A stretch of 63,904 nucleotides of DNA, counting the filler, from Ministeria vibrans ATCC 50519 (taxonomy: Eukaryota; Protista; Filasterea): NCBI GenBank assembly GCA_943704425.1. It is 10 parts of 10 records of this genome, joined end to end, with 100 filler letters (N's around TTAATTAATTAA, not from the genome) between each part and the next. Parts side by side here need not be neighbours in the genome. Positions count along the whole stretch, not along the records: positions 61,402 to 63,904 come from CALSCP010000101.1; 9 more parts are not named here. One strand, written 5' to 3'. Below are positions 63,819 through 63,904 of the stretch, piece after piece. Numbering within the stretch: position 1 is the first letter of the stretch; every line of letters starts with the position of its first letter. The notes under the pieces were generated by a model. That model was not told the origin of the DNA. It did no database searches and saw nothing but the letters and a program-made list of their open reading frames with translations. Position numbers and translations under genes: made by a program.

Positions 63819-63904
63819 GGTACACGTCGACTGCCAATCAGCAAATCTCTGCTCTCTCTGTCTCTCTCTGTCTCTCTCTGTCTCTCTCTGTCTCTCTCTG
63901 TCTC

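Overview
Compact, intron-rich eukaryotic DNA with short GT-AG introns, many microsatellites and standard stop-codon use. It consists of 10 contig pieces joined by nine artificial 100-nt linkers (N-run + TTAATTAATTAA + N-run). No gene demonstrably continues across a linker, so adjacency across linkers is not trustworthy. The gene content suggests a flagellated unicellular relative of animals/fungi (inference): opisthokont-type nuclear ATP synthase b, a thioredoxin-NDK (NME8/9-type) protein, an animal-like lamin, MDC1, TIMMDC1, an annexin and an EGF-repeat membrane protein. About 29 genes or gene fragments were reconstructed by eye from motifs I recognise; no database search was run. Many genes sit head-to-head with only about 57-250 nt between start codons. 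Best leads: a lamin with the full lamin-type rod, NLS and tail domain; a pseudokinase fragment with MLKL-like RN...S and VKLxGFEL motifs; four consecutive mitochondrial inner-membrane genes including an unannotated ~52-aa micro-protein; a 39-nt element shared upstream of two unrelated genes; palindromic CTGATCAG motifs in bidirectional promoters; a hairpin-bearing 88-bp tandem array; a stand-alone TFIIIC tau95 N-terminal domain; and an intronless bacterial-like DUF2934 gene divergent from a secreted alpha/beta-hydrolase.
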